Origin: Candidatus Falkowbacteria bacterium
Lineage (GTDB): Bacteria > Patescibacteriota > Patescibacteriia > CAIXNZ01
Length of the DNA stretch: 64,000 nt
Reading direction: 5' to 3'
Assembly: GCA_016927685.1 (NCBI GenBank)
Contig: JAFGMD010000021.1
Coordinates: forward strand, 21,913 to 85,912
Positions 45,897 through 56,202 of the stretch are shown piece after piece. Below the pieces are notes generated by a model, which saw nothing but the letters and a program-made list of their open reading frames with translations, searched no databases and was not told where the DNA came from. Each line of letters starts with the position of its first letter. The stretch's first letter is position 1. A program made the position numbers and the translations under genes.

Positions 45897-46170
45897 TGAA
45901 AAAAATCCGTGGTTCAAATCTATGCATCTCATTAAAGAAAAACAACCTATCGAAGTTATTACCATCTTTAAAAAAGACGGTCCCAAACCATATGCCATCA
46001 AATGGGGCGGCAAAAAATACATTATTGAAAAAATCAATCTGCGCTATGAAAAAAGAGCAGGCGATGGTAAATTGGTTTATTTTTCTGTGACCAGCGAAGA
46101 TAATTATTTTAAGCTGGTTTTTGATACTAATAATTTAAAGTGGTATTTGGAGGAGGCGTACCATGAATAA
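45886..46170 (+). CDS. hypothetical protein
   Basis: 94-aa ORF (possibly starting at the internal MHLIKEK). No domain recognised. Confidence 0.35.
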   Translation: MNICEKNPWFKSMHLIKEKQPIEVITIFKKDGPKPYAIKWGGKKYIIEKINLRYEKRAGDGKLVYFSVTSEDNYFKLVFDTNNLKWYLEEAYHE

Positions 46171-46216
46171 AAAAAGCCGCGACTTGATAGCCGTGGCTTT
46201 AAGGCCAATCACTAAA

Positions 46217-46816
46217 TCAGTTAGGAGGAAGAGGGCATAATTCCGGGATTTCTGCCTCGAAATTTCTACCTTCTTGATACCACTCGGTTTCCTTCTTGTC
46301 AGTGGTCACATCCTTCGCAAAGAAATATACAATTCTATATAATTTTCTTGAAGAAGCATCGACGGGAATATCCTTTACCACCGCTCTTACCATGCCGTTG
46401 GAAAAATAGTCCGTAACCGGTAAGAACACGCCGTTATAATTAATGCCTATCCACATTTTTGCTTCTGAATCAATGAAGGCAGAGGACCCATGTTTTTTGA
46501 TATAAACACAATCGGCGACATGGACCTGAAGGAGAAGATCCCTGGTCAAGTATTGTGCGACTTTGGCCTCCTCCTCCTTGGTGGGCATATTCAGGGCCTG
46601 TCGAATATTGTTATCAACATCACCCTGCAGCGAAATATCCTTTTCTACGGTTATTTTCCCCGTCGTGGGCGAAATAACCGTCAGGTGGATCGCTGACTCA
46701 TCTGCTTTGGGCTTTCTCTCGCAACCGAGCGAGAAAACTGCCATAACACAAACCCCAATAATCACGAACATTCTCTTCATCTCTTCCTCCTTTTTTAAAG
46801 AATTTATATAGCTCAA
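46217..46816 (-). CDS. hypothetical lipoprotein
   Basis: Signal peptide plus lipobox (VFSLGC), an RBS aaaaaaggagg, and GC somewhat raised. Confidence 0.4.
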   Translation of the reverse strand: MSYINSLKKEEEMKRMFVIIGVCVMAVFSLGCERKPKADESAIHLTVISPTTGKITVEKDISLQGDVDNNIRQALNMPTKEEEAKVAQYLTRDLLLQVHVADCVYIKKHGSSAFIDSEAKMWIGINYNGVFLPVTDYFSNGMVRAVVKDIPVDASSRKLYRIVYFFAKDVTTDKKETEWYQEGRNFEAEIPELCPLPPN

Positions 46817-46836
46817 ATTATCACTCTAATCATTTT

Positions 46837-48093
46837 TTGTCAATGTCCAACTTCATCTTGCATCTCGACATGAATTCTTACTTTGCCTCTGTAGAACAGC
46901 AGGCCAATTCTTTTTTGCGCGGAAAACCAGTGGGTGTTTGTGCTTATTTGGCACCGCGGGGTTGTATTATTGCATCATCCAAAGAAGCCAAAAAACTAGG
47001 CATTAAAGTCGGCTGTACGGTAGAAAAAGCCAAGCAAATTTATCCTAAAATTATATTGGTAGAAAATGAACCAGCTAAATACAGATCAACCACTAAAAAA
47101 ATATTTAATATTTTGAGCGACTACACCGACAGAATTGAACCCTATAGCATTGATGAGGCCTTTTTAGATATGACTGGCCATATTAAAAACTGGCAACAAG
47201 GCGAAAAAATAATATTGGAAATTAAAGCCAGAATTAAAAAAGAAGTGGGGGAATGGCTGGCTTGTTCAGCTGGCTTATCTTGGACGCGCTTTTTAGCCAA
47301 ATTCGCTTCTGACATTTGTGAAAAAGATAGTTATTTACTTATTGATTCAATTGCCAAAATGGAAGATATTTTTAATCGTGTTAAAATTACTGAGGCCTGG
47401 GGCATTAAAGAAAGAATGCAAGTTCATTTAAACCGTTTGGGTATATTCAACCTGCTGGATTTAAAAAACTTTCCAGTTGCCAATATTATGCAGGCTTTGG
47501 GCAAACCCGGCTATTATCTCTGGGCCAATGCCAATGGCGTGGAAGTACAGGGCATTAGAACGCAAGAAGAAATCTTGCCAAAATCAATTGGTCATTCTTA
47601 TTGTATGCCTCGGCATACGACTGACTTAAAATACCTGGCTGGAATTTTAATGAAACTCTCAGAAAAAACTGGTAGGCGTTTGCGCATCCAGGGATTAGAG
47701 GCGCGCGGCATATACGCTGGCTATTGGCTAAAATATGGTGGCGGGTTTTTCAAAAGCAAAAAAGTTCCCAGCGCCTTGTTTACCACTGAGGAAATCTTTA
47801 AAGCGGCACAGAATTTACTATTCAAAACTTTGCCGCCGCGCGCCGTCACCATGCTGGCTGTTTCAGTTACTCAATTACAACCCTTGACTAATCAATTGGA
47901 TTTATTTTACAGCTTGGATAAAAAACGCTTTGCCTGTCAGGCCATGGATAAAATTAATGATAAATTCGGCGAATACACGATTTTTAATGGCACTATGTGG
48001 GGCTTGGGCGATCAGGCACATGACAGAATCGGTTTTAGAAAATCAGTAGAAATTATGGACAAATTAGATAGATTTAGTTATGAACCGATTTAA
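46837..48093 (+). CDS. dinB: DNA polymerase IV (Y-family translesion polymerase)
   Basis: ILHLDMNSYFASVEQ (the catalytic Asp/Glu region), SIDEAFLD, and little-finger domain length. Confidence 0.85.
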   Translation: MSMSNFILHLDMNSYFASVEQQANSFLRGKPVGVCAYLAPRGCIIASSKEAKKLGIKVGCTVEKAKQIYPKIILVENEPAKYRSTTKKIFNILSDYTDRIEPYSIDEAFLDMTGHIKNWQQGEKIILEIKARIKKEVGEWLACSAGLSWTRFLAKFASDICEKDSYLLIDSIAKMEDIFNRVKITEAWGIKERMQVHLNRLGIFNLLDLKNFPVANIMQALGKPGYYLWANANGVEVQGIRTQEEILPKSIGHSYCMPRHTTDLKYLAGILMKLSEKTGRRLRIQGLEARGIYAGYWLKYGGGFFKSKKVPSALFTTEEIFKAAQNLLFKTLPPRAVTMLAVSVTQLQPLTNQLDLFYSLDKKRFACQAMDKINDKFGEYTIFNGTMWGLGDQAHDRIGFRKSVEIMDKLDRFSYEPI

Positions 48094-48142
48094 TTGACAA
48101 AATTATTTATCTTTGCTTAAATATAAAAAAAGGAGGATAAAA

Positions 48143-48328
48143 ATGGCAAAAAATAAACTTAATTATTTTGCGTTACCATTTGCCGAGGAAAATCAATGGC
48201 TAAGGTTAGAATGCCCTAATTGCGAATCCAGTGCCTATAAAAGCTCAGAAGAGGAGACTCAACAGGGTACCCAAACAATATATACCTGCACAAAATGCCA
48301 AACGAAATTTAGAAATCCCAAAAAATAA
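48143..48328 (+). CDS. small zinc-ribbon protein
   Basis: CPNC...CTKC, an RBS aaaaaggaggat and its own intrinsic terminator (aaaaccgctccaactggggcggtttt). The start was moved to ATG 48143. Confidence 0.4.
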   Translation: MAKNKLNYFALPFAEENQWLRLECPNCESSAYKSSEEETQQGTQTIYTCTKCQTKFRNPKK

Positions 48329-48431
48329 AAACCGCTCCAACTGGGGCGGTTTTACTTTAAAATGTAGTGATTGACAAAAATATAATTTAATGATAAAATG
48401 TAAAAATATCATAAATAGGAGGAGGGATAAA

Positions 48432-48635
48432 ATGTCTGAAATGCAGGGAGGAAAAATGCTGAAAGCTGTGTCTCTGAAGAGCCAAACTAAAATAGGCATC
48501 TTGAAAAAAGGCGAAACAAAATGCCCATTTTGCGGAGATCAGATCTATTATCACCATGCAACTGAAGAAAAGGATGCAGAAGGCAGACAAATTATTGTCT
48601 GTACTGGCTGCTACAATAAGTATGTGGAAGTTTAA
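48432..48635 (+). CDS. small zinc-ribbon protein
   Basis: CPFCGD...CTGC, an RBS aggaggaggg and a terminator (aaaaccgccctccgcgacacggagagcggtttttt). The start was moved to ATG 48432. Confidence 0.4.
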   Translation: MSEMQGGKMLKAVSLKSQTKIGILKKGETKCPFCGDQIYYHHATEEKDAEGRQIIVCTGCYNKYVEV

Positions 48636-48678
48636 AATAAAAACCGCCCTCCGCGACACGGAGAGCGGTTTTTTCTTT

Positions 48679-49629
48679 TTATGCTAATATTGTGCCAATT
48701 ATTTTGGGGTGACCATTAATAAATTCCTTGACAGACATTTTATTTTTTCCTTCAAGCTGTAATTCAACTAATTCTAGTTGTTCTTGTCCACATTGAACTT
48801 TTAAAATTCCATTAACTTCATAAATCTCACCCGTTACCTTATTAACCTCGTCAACCCAATGAACTTCAGATTTTAGTATCTTTAAATTCTTGCCTTCCCA
48901 ATTTGTAAAAGCGCCTGGCCAAGGATTAAAGGCGCGAACTTGGCGTTCAATTTCGTTGGCTGGTTTATGCCAGTCAATTTTACCATCTAACTTTGTAATT
49001 AATTTGCAATAAGTTGCATCAGTATCTTTTTGTTTTTTACCTTGCAATTGCCCGCCCAAATATTTTGGCAATATCTCAATTAATAATTTTGCGCCCAAAT
49101 CAGCCAGCTTGTCATGCAGAGTAGCAAAATCATCATAGGGTAATATTTTAACTTTATTTTGGGATAAAATCGGGCCATGGTCCATTTGCTCATCTAAAAT
49201 CATTATTGTTACCCCGGTTTGTTCATCGCCATTTAAAATAGCTGATTGTATGGGGGAAGCGCCGCGATATTTTGGTAATAAAGAAGCATGTGCATTAATA
49301 ACTCCAAATTTTGGAATTACTAATAATTCTTTTGGTAAAATAAAGCCATAAGCCACCACTACAATTAAATCTGGATTCAATTCTTTTATTTGTTTAAGAA
49401 ATTCTGGATTGCCCCTAACTTGTTCTGGCTGCAAAACTGGAATACTATTTTGTAGAGCAATTTGTTTAGTGGGTGGGGGAGTAAGCACTTGATTTCTTCC
49501 AACTTTTTTATCTGGTTGAGTAACAACCGCAATCACATTGGCATTTTCTATTAACATTTTTAAACAAGGCGCGCCAAAATCTGGCGTGCCCATAAAAATG
49601 ATTTTTTCTTCTTTCAAATTGATTGCCAT
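48679..49629 (-). CDS. fmt: methionyl-tRNA formyltransferase
   Basis: IIFMGTPDFGAP...VVTQPDKKVGR...INAHASLLPKYRGASPIQ (an SLLP motif). Confidence 0.9.
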   Translation of the reverse strand: MAINLKEEKIIFMGTPDFGAPCLKMLIENANVIAVVTQPDKKVGRNQVLTPPPTKQIALQNSIPVLQPEQVRGNPEFLKQIKELNPDLIVVVAYGFILPKELLVIPKFGVINAHASLLPKYRGASPIQSAILNGDEQTGVTIMILDEQMDHGPILSQNKVKILPYDDFATLHDKLADLGAKLLIEILPKYLGGQLQGKKQKDTDATYCKLITKLDGKIDWHKPANEIERQVRAFNPWPGAFTNWEGKNLKILKSEVHWVDEVNKVTGEIYEVNGILKVQCGQEQLELVELQLEGKNKMSVKEFINGHPKIIGTILA

Positions 49630-49636
49630 AGTAGCT

Positions 49637-50083
49637 TTATTTTATTTCCGGTTTATCAGTAATCAACTTACCATTCAAATGATCTAGTTCGTGCTGTATT
49701 ACACGGGCAAAAAGTCCACGTGCCCTGAAAAATAAATATTTACCATTTTCATTTTTAGTTAAAACCCAAATTGATTTTGCTCTTTTTACTTTCTTAAAAA
49801 TACCAGGACAGCTTAAGCAACCCTCTTCTTCAACCTCTTTTCTAAATGATCTCCATAAAATTATTGGATTAATAAGAGCCAGGGCGCCTTCGCCAGTATT
49901 AATAGTTACTAAACGTACATTTAGACCAATTTGTGGGGCAGCCAAGCCAATGCCATCACTAGCTTTCATTGTTTCTACCATATCTAAAATAAGCTGTTTT
50001 ACTTCTGGCGTAATAGCTTTAATTTTGGCGTTTTTGGCGCGCAAAATTGGATTTGGCTCTGTAATTATTTGTAATCTTGACAT
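49637..50083 (-). CDS. def: peptide deformylase
   Basis: GIGLAAPQIG, EGCLS and QHELDHLNG motifs. Confidence 0.9.
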   Translation of the reverse strand: MSRLQIITEPNPILRAKNAKIKAITPEVKQLILDMVETMKASDGIGLAAPQIGLNVRLVTINTGEGALALINPIILWRSFRKEVEEEGCLSCPGIFKKVKRAKSIWVLTKNENGKYLFFRARGLFARVIQHELDHLNGKLITDKPEIK

Positions 50084-50164
50084 ATTATAAAATATAGTGT
50101 AAATTTAGTTATCTGCTATTATAGCAGTTGTTCATAAAAAAATCAAGATGAAGGAGGCCTTTAG

Positions 50165-50755
50165 ATGACAGAGAGAAAAGAGGTTAAGGTAGCAATTTTT
50201 GTTGATGGCCCGAATCTTTACCATATGACTAAAAATCTTGGCTACAGGATTAATTTCAAGGAATTGATTTATACGCTTTGCAATGAAGAAGGCGTTTATC
50301 CTACTATTTTGGAATATTTCTATGATTTTAATCCTAAAAAACCATTGACTGATGGCTTTAATCAATTTCTTGGCATGCTAAAAAGTCTTAGTTTTAACAT
50401 TATACCAGTTGAATTAAAATCATACTACGGCAAAAATCAGTATAAAGATTTCAAAAGCAGAACAGATTCGGCCATAAATTTCAGAGTTGGAAAATATCTT
50501 GCTCAAAATATTTTTGACACCATTATTTTGATTTCTGGAGATAGTGATTTTGAATATTTAACTAAAGAATGCAAGAATGCCGGAAAGCAAGTTATTATTA
50601 TTGCCATCACTGAGCAGATAGCAAATAATTTATATAACTATGCGGATATGGTTCTTTGTCTTGATAAATTAAATCAAAAAGGAAGGAAGCTTCTTTTGCC
50701 TATTCCAGAAAGGCACGATGAAGCTGATGAATTTCCTCAAGAAAATACAAGATAA
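50165..50755 (+). CDS. NYN domain (LabA-like) protein
   Basis: VKVAIFVDGPNLYH...ILISGDSDFEYL...VIIIA, the acidic-residue pattern of NYN/LabA nucleases. A palindrome ctgctattatagcag sits in the divergent promoter region (50121-50137). Confidence 0.7.
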   Translation: MTERKEVKVAIFVDGPNLYHMTKNLGYRINFKELIYTLCNEEGVYPTILEYFYDFNPKKPLTDGFNQFLGMLKSLSFNIIPVELKSYYGKNQYKDFKSRTDSAINFRVGKYLAQNIFDTIILISGDSDFEYLTKECKNAGKQVIIIAITEQIANNLYNYADMVLCLDKLNQKGRKLLLPIPERHDEADEFPQENTR

Positions 50756-50801
50756 AACACTAGTTAAATTTATAACCTGTCATTAAAAATGACGGGTTTT
50801 T

Positions 50802-52712
50802 TTATATCAAACTTAGCGGCTTAACATCGATAATAACATCGTCGGGCAATTTTTTTAAAAAATCTATATTTGTATTATCTTTTAATATTTTTATAATCAT
50901 TTGCCAGCGAAAACGGCCACGCACCTGTTGTGAATAAATTAAATTAGGGGAACTAATAAAAACTTCATTATTTTTTGCCTGTAACTCTAATATTTTATAA
51001 ATTTCGTTTGCTTCCTTTTGTCCGGCATTAAATTTATAACTTTGGTAAATAAGTTTAATTATTTTTACAAATGGTGGCAAATTAACTGCTTTTCTTTCCT
51101 CTAATTCTTGTCCGTAAAAACTTTGAAAATCAAGCTTGATTAAATATTTAAAAATATAATTATTTATGGCAAGAGTTTGGATTATTATTTTTTTATTTTC
51201 TTTTCCTAAAAATAAAATCATTTTTGCTAGTAAATCGAAAGTTCTTTCTGTGCTTTTAAAATCAGGTATATACAGCGAAGTATCAGCGCTGATTACTCCA
51301 ATAAGATTTATCGTTTGCCAGTTTATAAAATCAAAAGCATACTGCGTGCCAATAATAATGTCATAATTGGACAAATCTTTTTCTGGTTGCGGAGTTTTTA
51401 TGTCAATCTTGGTAATTTTAGCTTTGGGAAAAAGTTTTTTTATTTCCTGCTCTACTTTCTCGGTTCCTGCGCCAGACAATTTAATATTTGGGCTTTTGCA
51501 TTCTGGGCAAAATAAGGTTAAATCTTCTTCAAAACCGCAATGACCGCAAGTCATTTTTTTATTGGCATAATAGGTAAGGGGCAATTTACAAGCAGGACAT
51601 TGTAAGGATTGTCCGCAATCCTGGCAAATTGCTAATGTGGCTATGCCTTTGCGATTTAAAAATAAAAATATTTTTTCTTTCTTTTTTAAATTATTTTCTA
51701 TATCCTTAATTAATTCCTCGCTAAAAATACTATAATTGCCCTTTTTAAATTCTTCTTTTTTATCAATAATTTTGATTTGGGGTAATTGGGTGGCCTTATT
51801 AATTTCAAAAAACTCCCAATCGCCATTTTTAGTTTTATAAATACTATCCAGTGATGGTGTTGTAGAAGTCAAAATCAACTTCGCCCCTAATAAATCTTTA
51901 ATTTTTGAAGCTACTGCTTTGGCATTATAACGGGGGTTTGGCTCTTCTTGCTTATGATTTTCATTATCTTCTTCATTAATTATTATCAGGTCCAGATTAT
52001 TAAATGGCGCAAAAATCGCGCTACGAGTACCAATAATAATTTTTGCTTGCCCTGATTTAATCTTATTGTATTCTTCAAAATATTTATTCATGGGCAAATC
52101 ATTTAAAAAAACAGAGGTTTGCTCTTTATAATCTCCCAAGTACTGGAAAATCTTTTTAATATTGATTAATTGCGGGCAAATAATGGCAACTTGCTTATTT
52201 TGCTTAATAACTTTTTCAACTGTGCCTAAATAAATTTTAATTTTTGTGTCAGCGTCAAAATATTGTAATAAAACTGGCTTGGTTAGATTATAAAAATCAT
52301 TAATATCAATTTTTTCTTTTGGCGCTGAAATAAATTGTAAATTTTTTAAAAATTTTTCTTCCGAACTCTTGACTCGTTTAGGTATATCGGGGATTATCAT
52401 TTTCAATAAAACCCCCATGGAAACAAAATAATATTCTGATAAATCTCTGATTAAATCCAATTGCCATTTAGCTAAAAAGGGTAGAGGATCGATAATTTTA
52501 CTAATTGGTTTTAATTCAAATTCATTCTGGCTTTTTTCACCCGTCAAATTTAAAATAACCCCTTTAACAAATTGTTTTCTAAAGGGGATTTCTACTAATT
52601 GTCCAACTTGCGCTTGCTCTTGCATATTCGAAGGTATCTCGTAATCAAAAAAATGCATGTCACGCTTTAAGCGCAAAGCGGGAATAACTTGGGCAATCCT
52701 ATTTTTCCTCAT
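50802..52712 (-). CDS. priA: primosomal protein N' (PriA helicase)
   Basis: Walker A and DEED-like (IINEEDNE) motifs, and a Cys-rich zinc-binding region (CQDCGQSLQCPACKLPLTYY...CGHCG...CPEC). The likely start is the internal Met (MRKNRIAQVIP); the track ORF extends to 52784. Confidence 0.85.
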   Translation of the reverse strand: MRKNRIAQVIPALRLKRDMHFFDYEIPSNMQEQAQVGQLVEIPFRKQFVKGVILNLTGEKSQNEFELKPISKIIDPLPFLAKWQLDLIRDLSEYYFVSMGVLLKMIIPDIPKRVKSSEEKFLKNLQFISAPKEKIDINDFYNLTKPVLLQYFDADTKIKIYLGTVEKVIKQNKQVAIICPQLINIKKIFQYLGDYKEQTSVFLNDLPMNKYFEEYNKIKSGQAKIIIGTRSAIFAPFNNLDLIIINEEDNENHKQEEPNPRYNAKAVASKIKDLLGAKLILTSTTPSLDSIYKTKNGDWEFFEINKATQLPQIKIIDKKEEFKKGNYSIFSEELIKDIENNLKKKEKIFLFLNRKGIATLAICQDCGQSLQCPACKLPLTYYANKKMTCGHCGFEEDLTLFCPECKSPNIKLSGAGTEKVEQEIKKLFPKAKITKIDIKTPQPEKDLSNYDIIIGTQYAFDFINWQTINLIGVISADTSLYIPDFKSTERTFDLLAKMILFLGKENKKIIIQTLAINNYIFKYLIKLDFQSFYGQELEERKAVNLPPFVKIIKLIYQSYKFNAGQKEANEIYKILELQAKNNEVFISSPNLIYSQQVRGRFRWQMIIKILKDNTNIDFLKKLPDDVIIDVKPLSLI

Positions 52713-53229
52713 GTCTGCTAACCGTGAATTTATAAACCACAAATTTATCGGCCTTAGGATCAATGCCTGCTTTTTGGCAGGCAATATTAATCTGCTTTTC
52801 TACGGTATTTACTCCTTCCAAATTGGGGAGGAGTAAGCCGCTGGCAAAACCATCTTCCGTTTTAACCATAACGCCATGAACTTTTGGATTCAGCTTCTTG
52901 ATATCTTTTTCTGCAACTAGCTCAGGAGTGCTGAGAACATCAATTGAAACAGTTACGTCCCTCAACTCTTTAGCAGATACCGGCAAAAAACGGGGATCTT
53001 GCGTGGCAGCTGAAATTGTACTATTAATAATTTCTTCTGCCACATTTTCCTGCGTTGGCATATAGGTGCCAATGCAACCACGCAATTCGCCCTTGTTTTT
53101 GAAACAGACAAAAACACCTGCCTGCGTATTTAGCATTTCAGCAGGCAGATCTTTTGACGGCTCAATGGTCTTGCCATGCAAAAGATATTCTTTGATTGCC
53201 TCTTTGGCTAAATTTATATAAGCGTCCAT
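52699..53229 (-). CDS. AMMECR1 domain protein (AmmeMemoRadiSam system protein A-like)
   Basis: GVFVCFKNKGELRGCIGTYMP...DPRFLPV matches the AMMECR1 signature (CxG ... DPRF). Confidence 0.8.
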   Translation of the reverse strand: MDAYINLAKEAIKEYLLHGKTIEPSKDLPAEMLNTQAGVFVCFKNKGELRGCIGTYMPTQENVAEEIINSTISAATQDPRFLPVSAKELRDVTVSIDVLSTPELVAEKDIKKLNPKVHGVMVKTEDGFASGLLLPNLEGVNTVEKQINIACQKAGIDPKADKFVVYKFTVSRHEEK

Positions 53230-53301
53230 ATGGTATATAGTAGCATAAATAAAATAAAATAAAAAAGCCGCGGGATTTCTCTTACGGCTTTTTAACTATA
53301 T

Positions 53302-54090
53302 TTATAGAAATTTAAAATTGGCCACTAAATAACCCACTCCAAAGGGGCCTTCGTAAGAATAAACTTCTGGCTCATATTTATATTCGTCTAAAATGCCTAA
53401 TAAAATTATAAATGAACGCAGACCGCACTCTGCTGCCTTATCAATTAATTTAGGATCCATTTTTATGATGCCGCGTACATCTTTGCGCTGTAATAATTGT
53501 ATGAATTTTTTATCAAATTCTGCTCCCTTAGGCGAATAGCGGGCTGGCGCGTCTTCTGTCAATGCGTGAGACATATCACCAGAAGCAATCACAGCAATTC
53601 TTTTTTCGCTTTTAGCAATTTCTTTTTTTAATAACTGACCAAATTCAAAATGGCTCTGATAATCTAAAAAACTGTAGCAAATTGGCAGAATTTCAATTCC
53701 TTTAAGGTGTTTGGTTAAATAAAATAAGGGAACTCCGATTCCGTGATCAAGTTGTTCTATGCTGGTTAAAACTATGGGCAATGTGCCTTCAATCCTTTCT
53801 TTTATTTTCATGGCTAAAAGGGAAGAGCTGCGGAATTCCATTTTAGTTGTAAAATCTCCAAATTGCTCGAAATTAGCATTATATTTGGTATTTAAATTCA
53901 AACAAAAGGCATCGGGAATTATTTCGCCATGAGGCGATATAACTATAATAATATCTGGCTTACTGGCATATAAATCAGTTTCCAATTTTTTCATGGCCTC
54001 TGCTGTATTTTTAATTTTATCTAAATTGTCCTTTCCAATTGTAGGAATTAAAATTGGCGGATGAGGACAAATAGCTGAGAAGACTAGCAT
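53302..54090 (-). CDS. MEMO1-family protein (AmmeMemoRadiSam system protein B-like; LigB-type fold)
   Basis: AICPHPPILIP (compare Memo IAPHAGY), IVISPHGEI (compare ILGPSHH), and a size of about 260 aa. It lies directly upstream of the AMMECR1 gene on the same strand. Confidence 0.6.
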   Translation of the reverse strand: MLVFSAICPHPPILIPTIGKDNLDKIKNTAEAMKKLETDLYASKPDIIIVISPHGEIIPDAFCLNLNTKYNANFEQFGDFTTKMEFRSSSLLAMKIKERIEGTLPIVLTSIEQLDHGIGVPLFYLTKHLKGIEILPICYSFLDYQSHFEFGQLLKKEIAKSEKRIAVIASGDMSHALTEDAPARYSPKGAEFDKKFIQLLQRKDVRGIIKMDPKLIDKAAECGLRSFIILLGILDEYKYEPEVYSYEGPFGVGYLVANFKFL

Positions 54091-54178
54091 AATTTTAAAA
54101 TATGAAATACGAAATATGAAATACAGAAAAAATTAATCATCCAATCACTTATTTCCAATTTCTTATTTCTTATATCAG

Positions 54179-55579
54179 TTAATTATTTGTCGCAATTGTT
54201 GCGGTTGGAATTAATAAGTCCAAATTTTCACCCTGCGGATGTAAGCTCAAGACTTTATCAGTCACGTCAAATATATCTGTCCAGCTATAACCTAAGGATA
54301 TAAAAGTATTTTCATTAGCAACCCAGCGACGCTGACCATTAGAAATTACATATACCTTGGGATCGCTAGGACTTTTTATTAAAATACCGTCACGAATTTT
54401 TAAGCCGTTAGCTGCTGTAACATATTTATCAAGTTCTTCGGTAGTGACTTTAATAGTGCTGTATTTTTTATTGTAATTAATATTTAAAACATCTTTTGAC
54501 CAAATAGGATATTTTATGCCATCTTCAACATAAAATACACCCCCCGTTTTTGAATCCTGAAGCAGAGCGCCCTGTGGATATAAGCTAGTAAGTGTTATTT
54601 TTCTACCCTCCAAATAATAGCCAAGCTCTTCATCAGTAACATCTATGATCTCATCTGGATTATAACCTATAGCGCGAAAAACTTCATCTGATTCAATTTC
54701 CTTTTTTTCATTGCCGACAATTAAATATATTTTATTGGCAGGGGAGCGAAGTAATGAAAAATTAGCATACTTAATGGGATAGCCCTCTTCATATCTTAAT
54801 AAATCATTTTTAGAAATTTCAATAATTTTGGCATTGGCATAACGGCTGGTTAGGGCTAAATTAGACCAGAATAATCTTCGTTTGCCATTGGCTATTAAAT
54901 ATATTTTAGAATCGCCTGTTTGTTTAACGATTGTACCATCAGGGAAAATTTTAGCAAACCATCGATTCCAAATATTCCAAAAATTAAAATTACCATGCAG
55001 ATGTGGCGTATAATTATATAAATTTGCTGTTGATTGATTATAAGGAACTATTGTCTGATTATCAACTATACTGGATTTGCCTGGTAGAAAATTAAAGTCA
55101 GAAGCATGATCATAATAATATCTTATTCTCCAAGTACCGCGGTCAACTTGCGTGCCAAAACCCTTAAACATGGCAACTTGGGGGTCATCAATAGAACAAG
55201 AATCGCAAACTGCATAACCCATAGCCCAATCAATATTTTTTTGCGATGGAGTCGGATTTGTAATCAAGCTCTGTTCCTTTTGAAGTGTTGCTAAAATCCA
55301 TTTGGGATTTATTTTATATGTCTGGGCAGCATTAAAAATTATTTCAGCCGCTAATTTTTGAACACCATAATTATCAGGAGTTATAAGGCTTTTTAAAACT
55401 CCATTTTGGTTATTTAAAAATTCTGCAATAGCAGATAAATTCATGGACTGAAAATCAGTCAAATCTCCATCAGAAATAATATCATTTGGATCAAATTCAA
55501 AAGCCAAAAGCTGGCCAAATGGCGCTAAAATAAAACTTATAACAACAATAAAAATAATAATTTTATGATAAATTTTCAT
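54179..55579 (-). CDS. secreted putative peptidoglycan hydrolase (glucosaminidase-like N-terminal region) with 3-4 C-terminal repeats of about 45 aa
   Basis: A signal peptide. INPKWILATLQKEQSLI resembles the glucosaminidase motif. The repeats are KIYLIANGKRRLFWS..., KIYLIVGNEKKEIES..., KVYVISNGQRRWVAN.... Confidence 0.4.
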   Translation of the reverse strand: MKIYHKIIIFIVVISFILAPFGQLLAFEFDPNDIISDGDLTDFQSMNLSAIAEFLNNQNGVLKSLITPDNYGVQKLAAEIIFNAAQTYKINPKWILATLQKEQSLITNPTPSQKNIDWAMGYAVCDSCSIDDPQVAMFKGFGTQVDRGTWRIRYYYDHASDFNFLPGKSSIVDNQTIVPYNQSTANLYNYTPHLHGNFNFWNIWNRWFAKIFPDGTIVKQTGDSKIYLIANGKRRLFWSNLALTSRYANAKIIEISKNDLLRYEEGYPIKYANFSLLRSPANKIYLIVGNEKKEIESDEVFRAIGYNPDEIIDVTDEELGYYLEGRKITLTSLYPQGALLQDSKTGGVFYVEDGIKYPIWSKDVLNINYNKKYSTIKVTTEELDKYVTAANGLKIRDGILIKSPSDPKVYVISNGQRRWVANENTFISLGYSWTDIFDVTDKVLSLHPQGENLDLLIPTATIATNN

Positions 55580-55712
55580 ATATTATATTTTATCATAAAT
55601 TCATGCTTCTTTCAATAAATAAAAAGATCGCCTGCATAATTACGGACCTAACCCTCTAACCCCGGATTCAGCGAAAGCTGATACCGGGGTCTTTTTCTAT
55701 CCAAAAAATATT

Positions 55713-55742
55713 TTGACATATTCTTTTACTATTGCTAATATA
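55713..55742 (+). promoter_or_regulatory. sigma-70-like promoter (TTGACA -N18- TAATAT) driving the candidate ncRNA
   Basis: ttgaca at 55713-55718 and taatat at 55737-55742, with no ORF downstream. Confidence 0.45.
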
Positions 55743-55749
55743 TTTTTAC

Positions 55750-56113
55750 GAGGGAATATGTCTGTGAAAAATAGCTCGGTTTGCTAGCGACAAAGAGCGA
55801 AAAGGCCATCCAATTGAAATACGCATTAACACTATGTGGCAGAAATGTCAGGTGGATGCGTTCCTCATGAAAAAATTGTGGGGTGGTGCCATACCCTGCG
55901 TACTGCACTGAGCGAGGTGCGCGGGAGCAAACCTGCCCATGATGCCGAAACCCCCATGTTTCTCGTTTTGCGGGACCGCATGCCAACGGGAACCTAGGGC
56001 GGCTGTCGCCACGTGCCTAGTTATGGGACCGGAGAAAAAAGCTCTGTTTTTACAGACTACCTCAAGTCGTGCCCCGGCGAGTTATGTACAAACTTGCCGG
56101 GGCCTTTTTTATT
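55750..56113 (+). ncRNA. candidate structured ncRNA of about 360 nt (unclassified), GC-rich, bounded by a promoter and a strong intrinsic terminator
   Basis: No ORF longer than 25 codons on the plus strand. The only track ORF (55735..55986 minus) has an implausible composition. The terminator is ccccggcgag-TTATGTACAAA-cttgccgggg + ccttttttatt (56071-56113). No tmRNA, RNase P or SRP motifs were found. Confidence 0.3.
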
Positions 56114-56202
56114 GACAAAAAGAGTTATATTTGTTAAGCTGCCAATAATAACAGTGAGCTGACCTGGCATATAGGATGCTATGGGAACGGCTCGCCCCTC
56201 CA

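Noticed and set aside
55735-55986. 83-aa minus-strand ORF inside the candidate ncRNA
   Set aside because: Arg/Pro/Gly-rich and low-complexity, with no RBS. It lies antisense to a promoter/terminator-delimited unit. It is an artifact of GC-rich sequence.
55750-56113. Attempt to assign the candidate ncRNA to tmRNA, RNase P RNA or SRP RNA
   Set aside because: No tmRNA T-arm/CCA-like 3' end and no tag reading frame ending in a stop. There is no P4 signature (GGAAAGTCCGG / ACAGAA.CCGGCTTA) and no SRP domain IV motif (GGAAGCAGC). The RNA class is left unassigned.
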